Of a stretch of DNA of 64,000 nucleotides, positions 1 through 10,690 are shown in pieces. The notes beneath the pieces are model-generated. The model made no database searches, was not told where the DNA came from, and saw only the letters and a list, made by a program, of their open reading frames with translations. Numbering within the stretch: the stretch's first letter is position 1; each line of letters begins with the position of its first letter. The DNA is from an uncultured Gemmatimonadales bacterium. GTDB taxonomy: Bacteria; Gemmatimonadota; Gemmatimonadetes; Longimicrobiales; Gaopeijiaceae. The stretch spans positions 64,001 to 128,000 of the forward strand of contig CAWGKG010000011.1 of assembly GCA_963823035.1 (NCBI GenBank), read 5' to 3'. Position numbers and translations under genes: made by a program.

Positions 1-238
1 TGGGGGAGGGGCGCTTCGACGTCGAGGCGCGCACCACCGAGATGCTTCCCCGCCCGACGACGCCGGAGGCGCCGTCCTCCGCGCGCGCCGCATCCGTGGT
101 CGGCGATCCGGGGCGCCCTCTCAGAACCTCTCCGTGGCCTTATCTTCTGATCCTGGCCCTCCTGTGCGTGGAGTGGATAGGACGCCGGCGGGCCGGGCTG
201 CGGTAGGAAGGAATCCCCGGACCTCATCGCGCGGAGCC

Positions 239-1159
239 ATGGCGCGTCTCTTCAAGAAAGCACCGGAGCGGAAGAAGGGCCTCTGGCGGCGGGTCGTGGA
301 CCTCGCCCTCACGGACGTGCGCGTCCTGGCCGGGGGCATGGACCACGAGTCGCTGGAGACGCTCGAGGAGCGACTCCTGCAGGCCGACTTCGGCGTGCCC
401 GCCACCCTGCGCCTGGTCGGCCGCGTGGAGGACAGCGCCCGCCGCGGCAAGGTGCGGGGCGCCGAGAGCCTGCGCGACGCGCTCCGCGAGGAGATCCGTG
501 ACATCCTGGCGCCGGGAGCCGAGGCCCCACTCGCGGCTGCCGACGCGCCGCCGACGGTCTACCTGATCGTGGGGGTGAACGGGGTGGGGAAGACCACGTC
601 GATCGCCAAGCTCGCCCACCACCTCCGCAAGGAGGGGCGCAGCGTCATGGTGGCGGCGGCGGACACCTTCCGCGCAGGTGCCGTCGAGCAGCTCGGCATC
701 TGGGCCGAGCGGGTGGGCGCCGCCTTCGTCCGCGGCCAGCAGGGCGGCGACCCGGCTGCGGTGGCGTTCGACGCCATCGAGGCCGCCACGGCCCGCGGCA
801 CCGACGTGCTCCTCATCGATACGGCCGGAAGGCTGCACACGAACCGCGGCCTCATGGAGGAGCTGCGCAAGATCGATCGCGTCGTGCGCAAGAAGATCGA
901 GGGCGCCCCGCACGAGACGCTCCTCGTGCTCGACGCCACGGTCGGCCAGAACGCCGTGCGCCAGTTGCAGGCGTTCCGGGAGGCGGTCGACGTCACCGGG
1001 ATCGTCCTCGCCAAGATGGACTCCACCGCCCGCGGGGGGATCGTCGTGTCGCTCCAGGAGGAGTTCGGGGTGCCGGTGAAGCTGGTGGGCGTCGGCGAGG
1101 GCCTCGACGACCTCGAGGCGTTCGACGCCGACGCGTTCGTGGACGGGATCTTCGCGTAG
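239..1159 (+). CDS. ftsY: Signal recognition particle receptor FtsY (NG domain only)
   Basis: GVNGVGKTT P-loop, DTFRAGA, DTAGR, AKMDSTARGG and VGVGE motifs. ATG at 239 follows GGAG. Confidence 0.96.
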   Translation: MARLFKKAPERKKGLWRRVVDLALTDVRVLAGGMDHESLETLEERLLQADFGVPATLRLVGRVEDSARRGKVRGAESLRDALREEIRDILAPGAEAPLAAADAPPTVYLIVGVNGVGKTTSIAKLAHHLRKEGRSVMVAAADTFRAGAVEQLGIWAERVGAAFVRGQQGGDPAAVAFDAIEAATARGTDVLLIDTAGRLHTNRGLMEELRKIDRVVRKKIEGAPHETLLVLDATVGQNAVRQLQAFREAVDVTGIVLAKMDSTARGGIVVSLQEEFGVPVKLVGVGEGLDDLEAFDADAFVDGIFA

Positions 1160-1163
1160 CGGA

Positions 1164-3248
1164 ATGGCCGGGTTCTCGCACCTCGACCGGCCGATCCAGT
1201 TCCTCAAGGGGGTGGGCCCGCGCCGCGCCGACGCCTTCGCGACGCTCGGCATCACGACCGCGCGCGAGCTGCTCTACCACGTGCCGCGCCGCTACGACGA
1301 CGCCTCCACCGTGCAGCCGATCCGCGAGCTGCGCGTGGGGATGGACGCGACCGCCATCGGCCGCGTGCGCTCCAAGGGGGTGATCCCGACCCGCAAGGGG
1401 CTGCGGATCTTCCAGGCGGTCCTCCAGGACGACACCGGGATGATCACCGTCGCCTGGCCGGGGCAGGCCTGGCTGGACCGGAAGATCCGCGAGGGCGACG
1501 TGCTGCTGGTGACGGGTCCGGTCCGCTTCTTCCACGGCCATCAGCTCCAGCCTCGCGAGCACACCGTGATCGCGCGAGCCGGCGACCAACCGGCGCGCGC
1601 GGGCACGGTCTTCGTGACCTACCCCGCCTCCGAAGACGTGCCGCAGTGGGTGCTGCGCGGCGTGTTCGAGAAGAACCTGGACGCGCTCCTCTCCTGGGCG
1701 GACGACGACGAATACCTCACGGACGGGGCGCGGGCGGCGCTCGATCTGCCTCGCCTCTCCGAGGCGCTCGCCCTCCTGCATCGGCCGACGGCCCCGACCG
1801 CGGCCCGTGTCGGCCGACGGCGCCTCGCGTTCGACGAGCTCTTCTTCCTCCAGGTCATGCAGGCGCAGGTACGCCACCGCCAGGTCGGCGCCACGCCCGG
1901 GCTGGCGCACGTCCGCACGAACGAGCTGATCCGACCGCTCCACGAGGCGCTGTCCTTCGAGCTCACCGAGGCCCAGGTGCGCGTGCTGAAGGAGGTCTAC
2001 GCGGACATGGCGTCGGAGCGACGCATGAACCGGCTGATCCAGGGCGACGTCGGCTCGGGCAAGACGGTGGTGGCGCTCTTCGCGATGCTGCTGGCCGTGG
2101 AGGGGGGCTCGCAGGCCGCCCTCATGGCGCCCACCGAGATCCTCGCCGAGCAGCACGCGCGCAGGATCGGCGCGCTGCTCGGCCCGCTCGGCGTGGAGGT
2201 GGTGCTCCTTACGGGCGCGCTCGGCGCGGCCGAGCGGAGGCAGGCGCTCGAGGCGATCCGCACGGGCGCGGCGAAGGTCGTGGTGGGCACGCACGCGCTC
2301 ATCCAGGACGCGGTCGCCTTCGCCCGCCTCGGCCTCGTGGTGGTGGACGAGCAGCACCGCTTCGGCGTGCGCCAGAGGATGGCCCTCGCCGACCACGGAG
2401 ACCGGCGCGCCGACGTGCTCGTCATGTCCGCTACGCCGATCCCGCGCTCCCTGGCCATGGCGCTCTACGGCGACCTGGACCTGAGCGTGGTCGACGAGCT
2501 CCCCCCCGGCCGCACGCCGGTGAGGACCGTGCTGCGCGCCCCCGACCGCCGCGACGCGGTCTACGCCTTCGTGGACGCGGAGCTGGAGGCCGGGCGCCAG
2601 GCCTACGTGGTCTACCCCCTGGTCGCCGAGTCCGAGAAGGTCGACCTCCTGGCCGCCACGGAGGAGTTCGCGCGCCTGAGCGCGACCGTGTTCCCGAATC
2701 GGCGCCTGGGCCTCCTGCACGGGCAGCTCCCCTCCGAGGAGAAGGACCGGGTGATGCGAGCCTTCTTCGCCGGAGAGCTGGACCTCCTCGTGGCCACCAC
2801 GGTCATCGAGGTCGGGATCGACGTGCCCAACGCCTCCGTCATGGTGATCGAGCACGCGGAGCGTTTCGGCCTCTCCCAGCTCCACCAGCTCCGGGGTCGG
2901 GTCGGGCGGGGGGCGGCCGAGAGCCACTGCATCCTGGTGGCCGAGCCGGGCGAGGAGGCGGCCGAGCGCCTGAAGGTCCTTCGCGACACGGCGGACGGCT
3001 TCGCGGTGGCGCGCGCCGATCTGCGCATCCGCGGCCAGGGGGACCTCTTCGGCGCGCAGCAGCATGGCACGCCCGCGCTCCGCTTCGCGGACCTTCTGGA
3101 GGACGAGGACCTGCTCGTGCGCGCGCAGGCCGCCGCCCGCGACCTGGTGGAGGGCGACCCCGAGCTGGTGCGTCCGGAGAACGCGGCGGTGAAGGCACAT
3201 CTCGAGGCCCGGTACGCCGGGCGTCTGGAGATGTTCGGCGTCGGGTGA
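1164..3248 (+). CDS. recG: ATP-dependent DNA helicase RecG
   Basis: QGDVGSGKT, APTEILAEQH, DEQHRFG, SATPIPRS, QLRGRVGRG motifs and an N-terminal wedge region. Confidence 0.97.
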   Translation: MAGFSHLDRPIQFLKGVGPRRADAFATLGITTARELLYHVPRRYDDASTVQPIRELRVGMDATAIGRVRSKGVIPTRKGLRIFQAVLQDDTGMITVAWPGQAWLDRKIREGDVLLVTGPVRFFHGHQLQPREHTVIARAGDQPARAGTVFVTYPASEDVPQWVLRGVFEKNLDALLSWADDDEYLTDGARAALDLPRLSEALALLHRPTAPTAARVGRRRLAFDELFFLQVMQAQVRHRQVGATPGLAHVRTNELIRPLHEALSFELTEAQVRVLKEVYADMASERRMNRLIQGDVGSGKTVVALFAMLLAVEGGSQAALMAPTEILAEQHARRIGALLGPLGVEVVLLTGALGAAERRQALEAIRTGAAKVVVGTHALIQDAVAFARLGLVVVDEQHRFGVRQRMALADHGDRRADVLVMSATPIPRSLAMALYGDLDLSVVDELPPGRTPVRTVLRAPDRRDAVYAFVDAELEAGRQAYVVYPLVAESEKVDLLAATEEFARLSATVFPNRRLGLLHGQLPSEEKDRVMRAFFAGELDLLVATTVIEVGIDVPNASVMVIEHAERFGLSQLHQLRGRVGRGAAESHCILVAEPGEEAAERLKVLRDTADGFAVARADLRIRGQGDLFGAQQHGTPALRFADLLEDEDLLVRAQAAARDLVEGDPELVRPENAAVKAHLEARYAGRLEMFGVG

Positions 3249-3297
3249 TACGCTTCGGCGCCCGCGTTTCGAGGCGCGGGCGTTCCTCACGAACCGG

Positions 3298-4599
3298 ATG
3301 AGACGGCGGGACATGGTGGAGATCAAGGAGCTGGGCCGGCACGTCGGCGAGGAGGTGACCGTGAAGGGGTGGGTGGAGACCACCCGCGGCCACGGCAAGG
3401 TCGCGTTCACGGTGCTCCGCGACGGGACGGGCATCGCCCAGTGCGTGATGGTGAAGAAGCAGGTCGACGAGCCGGCCTGGGAGGCGCAGGCACTCCTCAC
3501 GCAGGAGTCCGTGGTCTCCGTCACCGGGGAGGTGCGCGCCGACGACCGCGCCCCCGGCGGCTTCGAGATCGGCGTGACGGGGATGGCGGTGATCTCGCTC
3601 GCGCAGGAGTACCCGATCCAGCCCAAGGAGCACGGGGTCGACTTCCTTCTGGACCACCGTCACCTCTGGCTGCGCTCCTCGCAGCAGCGCGCGGGGCTGA
3701 AGGTGCGCGCCGAGGTGGAGCAGGCGATCCACGACTTCTTCTACGGCCGCGGCTTCACGCGCATCGACACGCCCATCCTCACCGGCTCGATCGGCGAGCA
3801 CGCGGGCACGCTCTTCTCCACCGACTACTTCGGGGAGAAGGCCTACCTCGCGCAGACGGGCCAGCTCTACGTCGAGGCGGCCTGTCCGGCGTTCCGGAAG
3901 GTGTACTGCTTCGGGCCGACCTTCCGCGCCGAGAAGTCGAAGACACGCCGCCACCTCACCGAGTTCTGGATGGTGGAGCCCGAGGTCGCGTTCGCCGACT
4001 CGGACGACAACATGCGGCTCCAGGAGGACTTCGTGTCCTACCTGGTCGAGCGCGCGCTCGAGCGCTGCCAGGAGGAGTTGAAGGTGCTCGAGCGGGACAC
4101 CTCGAAGATCGAGCACGTGAAGCCGCCGTTCCCGCGCATCAGCTACACGAAGGCGGTGGAGCGGTTGAACGAGCGCGGCAACGACATCGCGTGGGGCGCC
4201 GACCTGGGCGCGCCGGACGAGCAGCTGCTCACCGAGGACTACGACCTCCCGGTGTTCGTGCACGACTACCCGAAGCAGGCGAAGGCCTTCTACATGAAGG
4301 AGAACCCGGAGGATACGCGCACCGTGCTGTGCGACGACCTCCTGGCGCCGGAGGGCTACGGCGAGATCATCGGCGGGAGCCAGCGTGAGGACGACCTCGA
4401 CCGTCTCCTGGCGCGCATCCGCGAGGAGAAGCTCCCGGAGGAGGCGTACTCCTGGTACCTCGACCTCCGACGCTACGGCACCTTCCCTCATTCCGGCTTC
4501 GGGCTCGGCGTGGAGCGGACCGTCGCCTGGATCACGGGTCGGCACCACATCCGCGAGTTCATCCCCTTCCCGCGGATGATGAACCGCCTCTTCCCCTAG
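3298..4599 (+). CDS. asnS: Asparagine--tRNA ligase
   Basis: OB fold, FGPTFRAEKSKTRRHLTEFWM, EIIGGSQRE, YGTFPHSGFGLGVER. Start may be 3313. Confidence 0.95.
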   Translation: MRRRDMVEIKELGRHVGEEVTVKGWVETTRGHGKVAFTVLRDGTGIAQCVMVKKQVDEPAWEAQALLTQESVVSVTGEVRADDRAPGGFEIGVTGMAVISLAQEYPIQPKEHGVDFLLDHRHLWLRSSQQRAGLKVRAEVEQAIHDFFYGRGFTRIDTPILTGSIGEHAGTLFSTDYFGEKAYLAQTGQLYVEAACPAFRKVYCFGPTFRAEKSKTRRHLTEFWMVEPEVAFADSDDNMRLQEDFVSYLVERALERCQEELKVLERDTSKIEHVKPPFPRISYTKAVERLNERGNDIAWGADLGAPDEQLLTEDYDLPVFVHDYPKQAKAFYMKENPEDTRTVLCDDLLAPEGYGEIIGGSQREDDLDRLLARIREEKLPEEAYSWYLDLRRYGTFPHSGFGLGVERTVAWITGRHHIREFIPFPRMMNRLFP

Positions 4600-4616
4600 G
4601 AGCAGGAGCCCGCTCG

Positions 4617-5684
4617 ATGCAGCGTGCCGTCCTGGACATGATGGACCGGCGCCCCGTGTGGGCCTTGCCCGCGTGGGTGCCGGAGCGGATCCGCGACGCC
4701 CTCCCGCCCGAGTGGGAGCTCGTCGTGATCGAGGAGACCACGGACGGCTCGGGGGACGGCGCCGGCCGCGTGGCCCCCTCCGTGCTCGAGGCCGTCGCGG
4801 GAGCGGAGGTCTACTTCGGCTACGGGATCGCCGCCGAGCTGCTGCGTGCCGGGCCCGAGCTGAAATGGGTCCACTCCGGGGCGGCCGGGGTCGGCAGCTC
4901 GCTCACGCCGGAGATGCTCTCCAGCCCGGTGCTGTTCACGAACTCGGCGGGGATCCACGCGCCCCCGATGGCCGAGACCGTGCTGGCGATGATCCTGCAC
5001 TTCGGTCGCGGGCTCGACCACGCGGTCGCGGCCAAGGCGCGCGGCGTCTGGTCGAAGGAGCCCTTCTACGGCGAGGGTTCGCAGCTGCGCGAGATGGGGG
5101 ACACCATCGTCGGGCTGGTCGGCTTCGGGGGGATCGGCCGCGAGGTCGCCCGCCGGGTGGCGAGCCTGGGCTCGCGCGTGATCGCCGTGAAACGCGCCAA
5201 GCCCCAGGGGAGCGAGGGCCGACTCTCGCCGGTCCGCGGGGGCGGGCGCCTCGCCGACCGGATCGAGTTGCTCTACGGCCCCGCCGGGCTCGATACCGTG
5301 CTGCGCGAGGCGGACGTCGTGGTGCTGTGTGCCCCGGAGACCGACGAGACGCGGGGCATGATCGACGCCGACGCCCTGGCGCGCATGAAGGACGGCGCGC
5401 TCCTGGTCAACGTCGGGCGCGGCAAGCTCGTGGACGAGGAGGCGCTCGTCGAGGAGCTGCGCGCGGGGCGGCTCCGGGGTGCGGCGCTCGACGTCTTCGC
5501 CCACGAGCCGCTGGCCGAGGGCCATCCGCTCTGGGGCCTGCCGAACGTCCTGCTCACGCCCCACGTCTCCGCGGTGACGCGGTCCTTCTGGGAGCGGGAG
5601 ACCGCGCTGATCGTCGACAACCTGGAGCGGTGGTCCGCGGGCGAGGAGCTGCGGAACCTGGTGGACAAGCGCGTCGGGTACTGA
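4617..5684 (+). CDS. D-2-hydroxyacid dehydrogenase family protein
   Basis: GFGGIG Rossmann motif, NVGRG, LDVFxxEPL, TPHVS. Confidence 0.9.
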   Translation: MQRAVLDMMDRRPVWALPAWVPERIRDALPPEWELVVIEETTDGSGDGAGRVAPSVLEAVAGAEVYFGYGIAAELLRAGPELKWVHSGAAGVGSSLTPEMLSSPVLFTNSAGIHAPPMAETVLAMILHFGRGLDHAVAAKARGVWSKEPFYGEGSQLREMGDTIVGLVGFGGIGREVARRVASLGSRVIAVKRAKPQGSEGRLSPVRGGGRLADRIELLYGPAGLDTVLREADVVVLCAPETDETRGMIDADALARMKDGALLVNVGRGKLVDEEALVEELRAGRLRGAALDVFAHEPLAEGHPLWGLPNVLLTPHVSAVTRSFWERETALIVDNLERWSAGEELRNLVDKRVGY

Positions 5685-5724
5685 GGGCGGACCACCCCCG
5701 CCCACACCGGGACGCTCCCTGGCC

Positions 5725-6534
5725 TCAGCCTCCGGCCGACTTCCGGTCCTCCGCCTTCAGCTCGTCCCAGAGCCCGTCCAGCACCTCGAGCCCCGCCTCC
5801 TCCATGCGGATCCCGCGCTCGCGTGCGAGCGCCTCCAGCCGCTCGAAGCGTCGACGGAACTTCCGGTTGGCGCGGTCGAGCGCCGTCGTGGCGTGCGCGC
5901 CCGCCAGCCGCGTCAGGTTCACGACGGCGAAGAGGAGGTCGCCGAGCTCCTCGGAGATGGCGCCGGCGTCCCCCGAGGCGAGGGCCTCACGCACCTCCTC
6001 GAGCTCCTCGACGACCTTGTCCCAGGCCCCATGGTGGTCCTCCCAGTCGAAGCCCACCCCGGCCACGCGTTCCTGGATGCGATGCGCCTTCGTGAGGGGA
6101 TCGAGTCCGCTGGCCAGTCCCTCGAGCACGCCCTCTCCCGCCGACCTCTCCGCGGCCTTGAGCGCCTCCCAGGCCCGGCGCTCGCCCTCCCCGAAGATCT
6201 GCGGATGGCGGCGTACCATCTTCTCCTCGAGCCGGGCGTAGACGCCCGCGGCGTCGAGGCGCCCCGCCTCCTCGCCGAGCACGACCTGGAAGGCGAGGTT
6301 GAGGAGGAGGTCTCCGAGCTCACCCTCGAGCTCCGCGTCCTTCCCGTCGCGGATCGCGTCGACCACCTCGTGCGTCTCCTCCAGGAGGTGCGGAACGAGC
6401 GTCTCGGGCGTCTGTGCGCGGTCCCATGGGCAGTGGACGCGCAGGAAGCGGACGAGCGCGAGGGCCCGGTCCAGCTCGCCCGGTCCGTCGAAGCGCGGGG
6501 TCTCGGTGCGGGGGTGCGTTTCGGGTTCGGTCAT
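5725..6534 (-). CDS. mazG: Nucleoside triphosphate pyrophosphohydrolase MazG
   Basis: CPWDxxQT, two EExxE...ELGDLL modules, RRHP, KFRRRF. Start at 6534, or 6591. Confidence 0.94.
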   Translation of the reverse strand: MTEPETHPRTETPRFDGPGELDRALALVRFLRVHCPWDRAQTPETLVPHLLEETHEVVDAIRDGKDAELEGELGDLLLNLAFQVVLGEEAGRLDAAGVYARLEEKMVRRHPQIFGEGERRAWEALKAAERSAGEGVLEGLASGLDPLTKAHRIQERVAGVGFDWEDHHGAWDKVVEELEEVREALASGDAGAISEELGDLLFAVVNLTRLAGAHATTALDRANRKFRRRFERLEALARERGIRMEEAGLEVLDGLWDELKAEDRKSAGG

Positions 6535-6596
6535 GGAGGGCGCGGCGGGCTCCTTCGGGTTGCTCGGGCGCTCCTTTCTCGCATCTTTCACGGTCT

Positions 6597-7721
6597 ATGT
6601 CAACGGACAGTCGGAGCCGCGCCTGGATGGAGGTCCGGGCCGCCGCGCTGCGCGGCAATCTGGCCCGGATTCGCGCGTCCGTGGGTCCGGGGGTCCGCCT
6701 CGTCCCGATGGTGAAGGCGGACGCGTACGGCACGGGCCTGGCCGGGGCCGTGGCCGCCCTCTCTGTGGAGGACCCCTGGGCGTTCGGCGTCGCCGCCGTG
6801 GAGGAGGGCGTCGCCCTGCGGGCCCTCGGCGTGACCCGCCCGATCTGCGTCTTCAGCCCGGTGCCGCCCGGCTCCGTCGCCGACGCCGTCGCGGCGGGGC
6901 TGACGCTCTCGATCTCGAGCCTGTCCGCCCTGGCGCGATTGCGCGCACAGGCCGGCGGACGAACGCCGGCCTTCCACCTCGAGATCGACACCGGGATGGG
7001 GCGCGCGGGCTTCGACTGGCGAGAGGCGGAGCGCTGGGCCCCGGCGGCGCACGAAGCCCACCGCGACGGCGCCCGTTGGGAAGCGTCGTTCACACACCTG
7101 CACTCCGCCGATGAGGGAACCGACACGGTCGACGAGCAGTGGGCGCGCCTGCAGGACGCGCTGGCGCGGGCCGCGCCGCCGCCGGACGCCCTGGTGCACG
7201 CCCTGAACAGCGCCGGCGCCCTGCGCTGTCCCCGCTACGCGGCCGACGCGGTGCGCCCTGGGATCTTCCTGTACGGGGGCCGGGTGGGCGCCGGGTCGCC
7301 CGCGCCGGAAGAGGTGGCGGCGGTGCGCGCGCGCGTGGTCCACGTGCGCGAGGCACCGGCCGGGACCACGGTCGGCTACGGCGCCACGTACCGGAGCGGT
7401 CGCGACGAGCGATGGGCCACGCTGGCCATCGGATACGGGGACGGGCTGCCCCGATCGCTCGGAAATCGAGGCTCGGCGCTGCTTCGCGGCCGCCGGGTCC
7501 CGATCATCGGACGGATCTCCATGGACGTCACGGTGGTAGACATCAGCGACGTGCCGGGGGTGGAGGCGGGCGAGGTGGCGACGCTCGTGGGCGCCGACGG
7601 CGGAGCGCACATCACCGTGGACGAGGTGGCGCAGCTGGCGGGGACGATCAGTTACGAGGTCCTCACCGGCTTCACGCCCCGCGTGCCGCGCATCTGGCTG
7701 GATGACGAATTTGGAGACTGA
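6597..7721 (+). CDS. alr: Alanine racemase
   Basis: VKADAYG PLP lysine, [28 protein letters not shown]. Confidence 0.95.
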   Translation: MSTDSRSRAWMEVRAAALRGNLARIRASVGPGVRLVPMVKADAYGTGLAGAVAALSVEDPWAFGVAAVEEGVALRALGVTRPICVFSPVPPGSVADAVAAGLTLSISSLSALARLRAQAGGRTPAFHLEIDTGMGRAGFDWREAERWAPAAHEAHRDGARWEASFTHLHSADEGTDTVDEQWARLQDALARAAPPPDALVHALNSAGALRCPRYAADAVRPGIFLYGGRVGAGSPAPEEVAAVRARVVHVREAPAGTTVGYGATYRSGRDERWATLAIGYGDGLPRSLGNRGSALLRGRRVPIIGRISMDVTVVDISDVPGVEAGEVATLVGADGGAHITVDEVAQLAGTISYEVLTGFTPRVPRIWLDDEFGD

Positions 7722-8133
7722 CGCCCTGCTGGCCCGGGCCAGGGAGGCGCGGGACCGGGCGCATGCCCCGTACTCCGGCTTCCGCGTGGGCGCCGCGCTG
7801 CTCGCAGAGGACGGCACCACGCACGTGGGGTGCAACGTAGAGAACGCCTCGTACGGTCTCACCGTATGCGCCGAGCGCGCCGCCGTGTGCGCGGCGGTGG
7901 TTGCCGGTGATCGTCATTTCCAGGCGATCGCGATCGTTACGGACGGCAGCGAGGCCGTGACGCCGTGCGGCGCGTGCCGCCAGGTGCTGGCGGAGTTCGC
8001 CCCGGCGCTGCGCATCGTCTCCGAGGCTGGTGGCGAGCGCGTCGAGTGGACGCTGGACGAGCTGTTTCCGGTGCCCTTCCGGGGGCTGCCGACCCGACGA
8101 GAAGGACCGACGAGCGAGGACACGAGGACGTGA
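7702..8133 (+). CDS. cdd: Cytidine deaminase (homotetrameric type)
   Basis: [29 protein letters not shown]. Confidence 0.95.
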   Translation: MTNLETDALLARAREARDRAHAPYSGFRVGAALLAEDGTTHVGCNVENASYGLTVCAERAAVCAAVVAGDRHFQAIAIVTDGSEAVTPCGACRQVLAEFAPALRIVSEAGGERVEWTLDELFPVPFRGLPTRREGPTSEDTRT

Positions 8134-8161
8134 GGACCGTGCCGAACCAGAGGAAGACCGC

Positions 8162-9481
8162 GTGAACCGCAACCGACCGGCCTCGTTGCTGGCCTTCGTC
8201 GTGCTCGGAAGCCTCGCCTGCAGCGAGATCGTGCCCACGGGCGTCGACGAGAGCGTGCTCCCCGAGGAGCCCGTCACCGTGGAGGTGCGGCTGCCCTGGG
8301 ACCAGTTCGCGGCGAACCTCGCCGTGTTCGGCGGCTTCGGGTCGACGGACGACCTCGGGCTCGGCATCGTGAGCCATGCCTACGGGGACTCCCTGGAGGC
8401 CCACACCCTCGTCCGCCTCCTCACGGTCCCGAAGAGCGCGAGCGTCCGCGACACGGCGGGAACCCAACGCACCGACACCCTCCTCCAGGTCCTGCGCGGG
8501 CGCATCATCGCCGTGGTGGACTCGGTGGGGACGGTCACCGACGGACCGGTGAGCCTCCAGGTCGGCATGTTCCACCAGGCCTGGGACGCCCCCAGCGCCA
8601 CCTGGGACCTCGCGGTGGACAGCATCGGAGAGGAGACCCCATGGGAGACGCCGGGCGCCGGACCGATCACCGACGTCCTCACCACTGAGTGGGATCCGAC
8701 GGTGGGTGACTCCGCCGTCTTCGAGCTCGACTCCGCACAGGTGGCGACCTGGTCCGCGGCGCTGTCGGATACCTCCTCGGACAAGGGACTGCGACTGGCC
8801 GCCCTCTCCCAGGGCGTCCGCCTCGAGGTGACGAACGTCCTCATGCAGGTGGACACGAAGCCGTCGCTCAACCCGGACACGACCGTGACCCTGGTCGCGA
8901 ACCGCCAGGAGATGACGTTCGTGTACACCCCCGCGGTGCCGCCGCCGGACGACGAGCTCCGCGTCGGCGGAACGCCGTCGTGGCGGACGGTCCTCGACCT
9001 GAGCATCCCGCACACGCTCAGCGAGCCCGCCGCGCTGTGCGCCGTGGTCACCTGTCCGATGGACCTGACCGCCGGTCGCCTCAGCTACGCGGCCATCGTC
9101 CTGCGCACCCGACGAACGGCGCCGTCCTTCGCGCCGTCGGACACGGTCAACCTCGACGTGCGCCCGGTGTTCGACCGCTCGACGCTTCCCAAGACGCCGC
9201 TGGGCAACTCGCTCTTCACGGCGAGCGTGGGGAAGCGGCTGGGCCCCGAGCTCTTCACGTCCGAGACCGAGACCGAGGTCGAGATCCCGATCACCTCGTT
9301 CGTGCGCACGCTGCTCCAGCCCGATTCCACCTCGGCGATCCCGCCGCCACACACGCTCGCGCTCCTGTCCACCTTCGAGCCGGTATCCATCGCCTTCGCC
9401 GCCTTCTACGGACCGGCGACGCTGCAGGCCCCGGTTCTCAAGCTCGTGATCACGGCCGGGCGGTCGGTGGAGCTCCCATGA
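8162..9481 (+). CDS. Uncharacterised lipoprotein
   Basis: GTG start, basic n-region, hydrophobic h-region and SLAC lipobox. Beta-rich mature part with host-like codon usage. Confidence 0.75.
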   Translation: MNRNRPASLLAFVVLGSLACSEIVPTGVDESVLPEEPVTVEVRLPWDQFAANLAVFGGFGSTDDLGLGIVSHAYGDSLEAHTLVRLLTVPKSASVRDTAGTQRTDTLLQVLRGRIIAVVDSVGTVTDGPVSLQVGMFHQAWDAPSATWDLAVDSIGEETPWETPGAGPITDVLTTEWDPTVGDSAVFELDSAQVATWSAALSDTSSDKGLRLAALSQGVRLEVTNVLMQVDTKPSLNPDTTVTLVANRQEMTFVYTPAVPPPDDELRVGGTPSWRTVLDLSIPHTLSEPAALCAVVTCPMDLTAGRLSYAAIVLRTRRTAPSFAPSDTVNLDVRPVFDRSTLPKTPLGNSLFTASVGKRLGPELFTSETETEVEIPITSFVRTLLQPDSTSAIPPPHTLALLSTFEPVSIAFAAFYGPATLQAPVLKLVITAGRSVELP

Positions 9482-10660
9482 TGAGACGTCTGCTTTCGGC
9501 CCTCGCCTTCCTCGCGCTCGTCGCGCCCGCCTCGCTCACGGCGCAGTCGCTCCTGAACGCCGCCGGGCTCGGCCTTCCTTCCGACCCCCTGGACGCGCGC
9601 ACGCGTGCGCTGGGCGGGGTGGGCCTGGGGCTGCAGGGCGCGGCGCTCCTGAGCACGGATCCCGCGGCGTCGGCGGGCTTCGTGCTCCCGTCGGTGATGA
9701 TCACGGCGCAGCCCTCCTGGGTGGACGTCGGGACCACGCGGCACGGGAACGCCGGGGACCTTCCGCGGCACGCGCTTTCCGAGCCTCGGCATCGCCTACC
9801 CCACGCCGAAGGTGGGCGTGGTGACGCTGAGCTTCGAGTCGGTCTTCGACCAGCGCTACGAGGCCGACCGGGACGTGAGCCTGGACCTCGGCGCCGGGGC
9901 CGTGACGGCCACGGACCACTTCACCTCTACGGGCGGCGTGTCGCAGGTACGGCTCGGCGCCTCGCGCGTGCTGGGGCGCAGGATCGCCGTCGGCCTCTCG
10001 GCCGGCCGGTACACGGGGTCGGTCGTGCGCCGCCTGGTGCGGGATTTCCCGGACGACCAGACGGCCGAGCCGGTGGAGTCCTACCAGATCGGCGGTCTGT
10101 GGACGTATTCGGGGACCTCCGTCACCGGCGGGGCCTCCTTGTCGATCGGCAGCTTCGCCCAGGTGGCGGGGAGCTTCACCTGGTCGTCGAGGCTCGACGC
10201 CTCCCCTTCGGACGACACCGAGGGCGCGGCCGGCTCCTTCGACCTCCCGCTCCAGCTCCGTCTCGGTGCCACCGCCGTCCTCGCGCCGGGGCTCGCCGTG
10301 TCAGGCGGCTTCACCTCGGCGGACTGGTCCGGGATCGACAACGACCTCGCCGAAGGCGCCTCGGTCGGGAGCACCACCTCGTACGGCGTCGGCGTGGAGC
10401 TCGCCCGCGCCCGCCTCCTGGGGCGGAGCGCGCCGCTGCGCTTCGGCTACCGGAAGCGGGACCTCCCCTTCGTGCTCAACGGGGGCGGCAACCCCAGCGA
10501 GAGCGTGTGGGCCGGCGGCCTGGGCCTGCACCTGAGCCAGGCGGGGAACTTCGTGCGGGCCGCCGTGGACCTGGCGGTGGAGCATGGCACGCGCGGGGAC
10601 GCGCTCATCTCCGAGTCGTTCTGGCGCGGGACCGTGTCCGTCCGCGTGTCGGGCTTCTAG
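9478..10660 (+). CDS. Outer-membrane beta-barrel, FadL/PorV-like (one +1 frameshift near 9738)
   Basis: Signal peptide ending LTA-Q, DARTRALGG...DPAA N-terminal motif, amphipathic strands, C-terminal VRVSGF. Joined from ORFs 8980.. and 9812.. Confidence 0.72.
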
Positions 10661-10690
10661 TCGCGATGCGCTGCTAGCAGCCTGCGCACC

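Noticed and set aside
1..238. Possible gene fragment or SRP RNA upstream of ftsY
   Set aside because: I could not support a reading frame or an SRP domain IV motif from the visible sequence.
993..3626. 877-aa minus-strand ORF
   Set aside because: Antisense shadow of recG/asnS. Long stop-free opposite frames are expected at this GC content, and it has no motifs.
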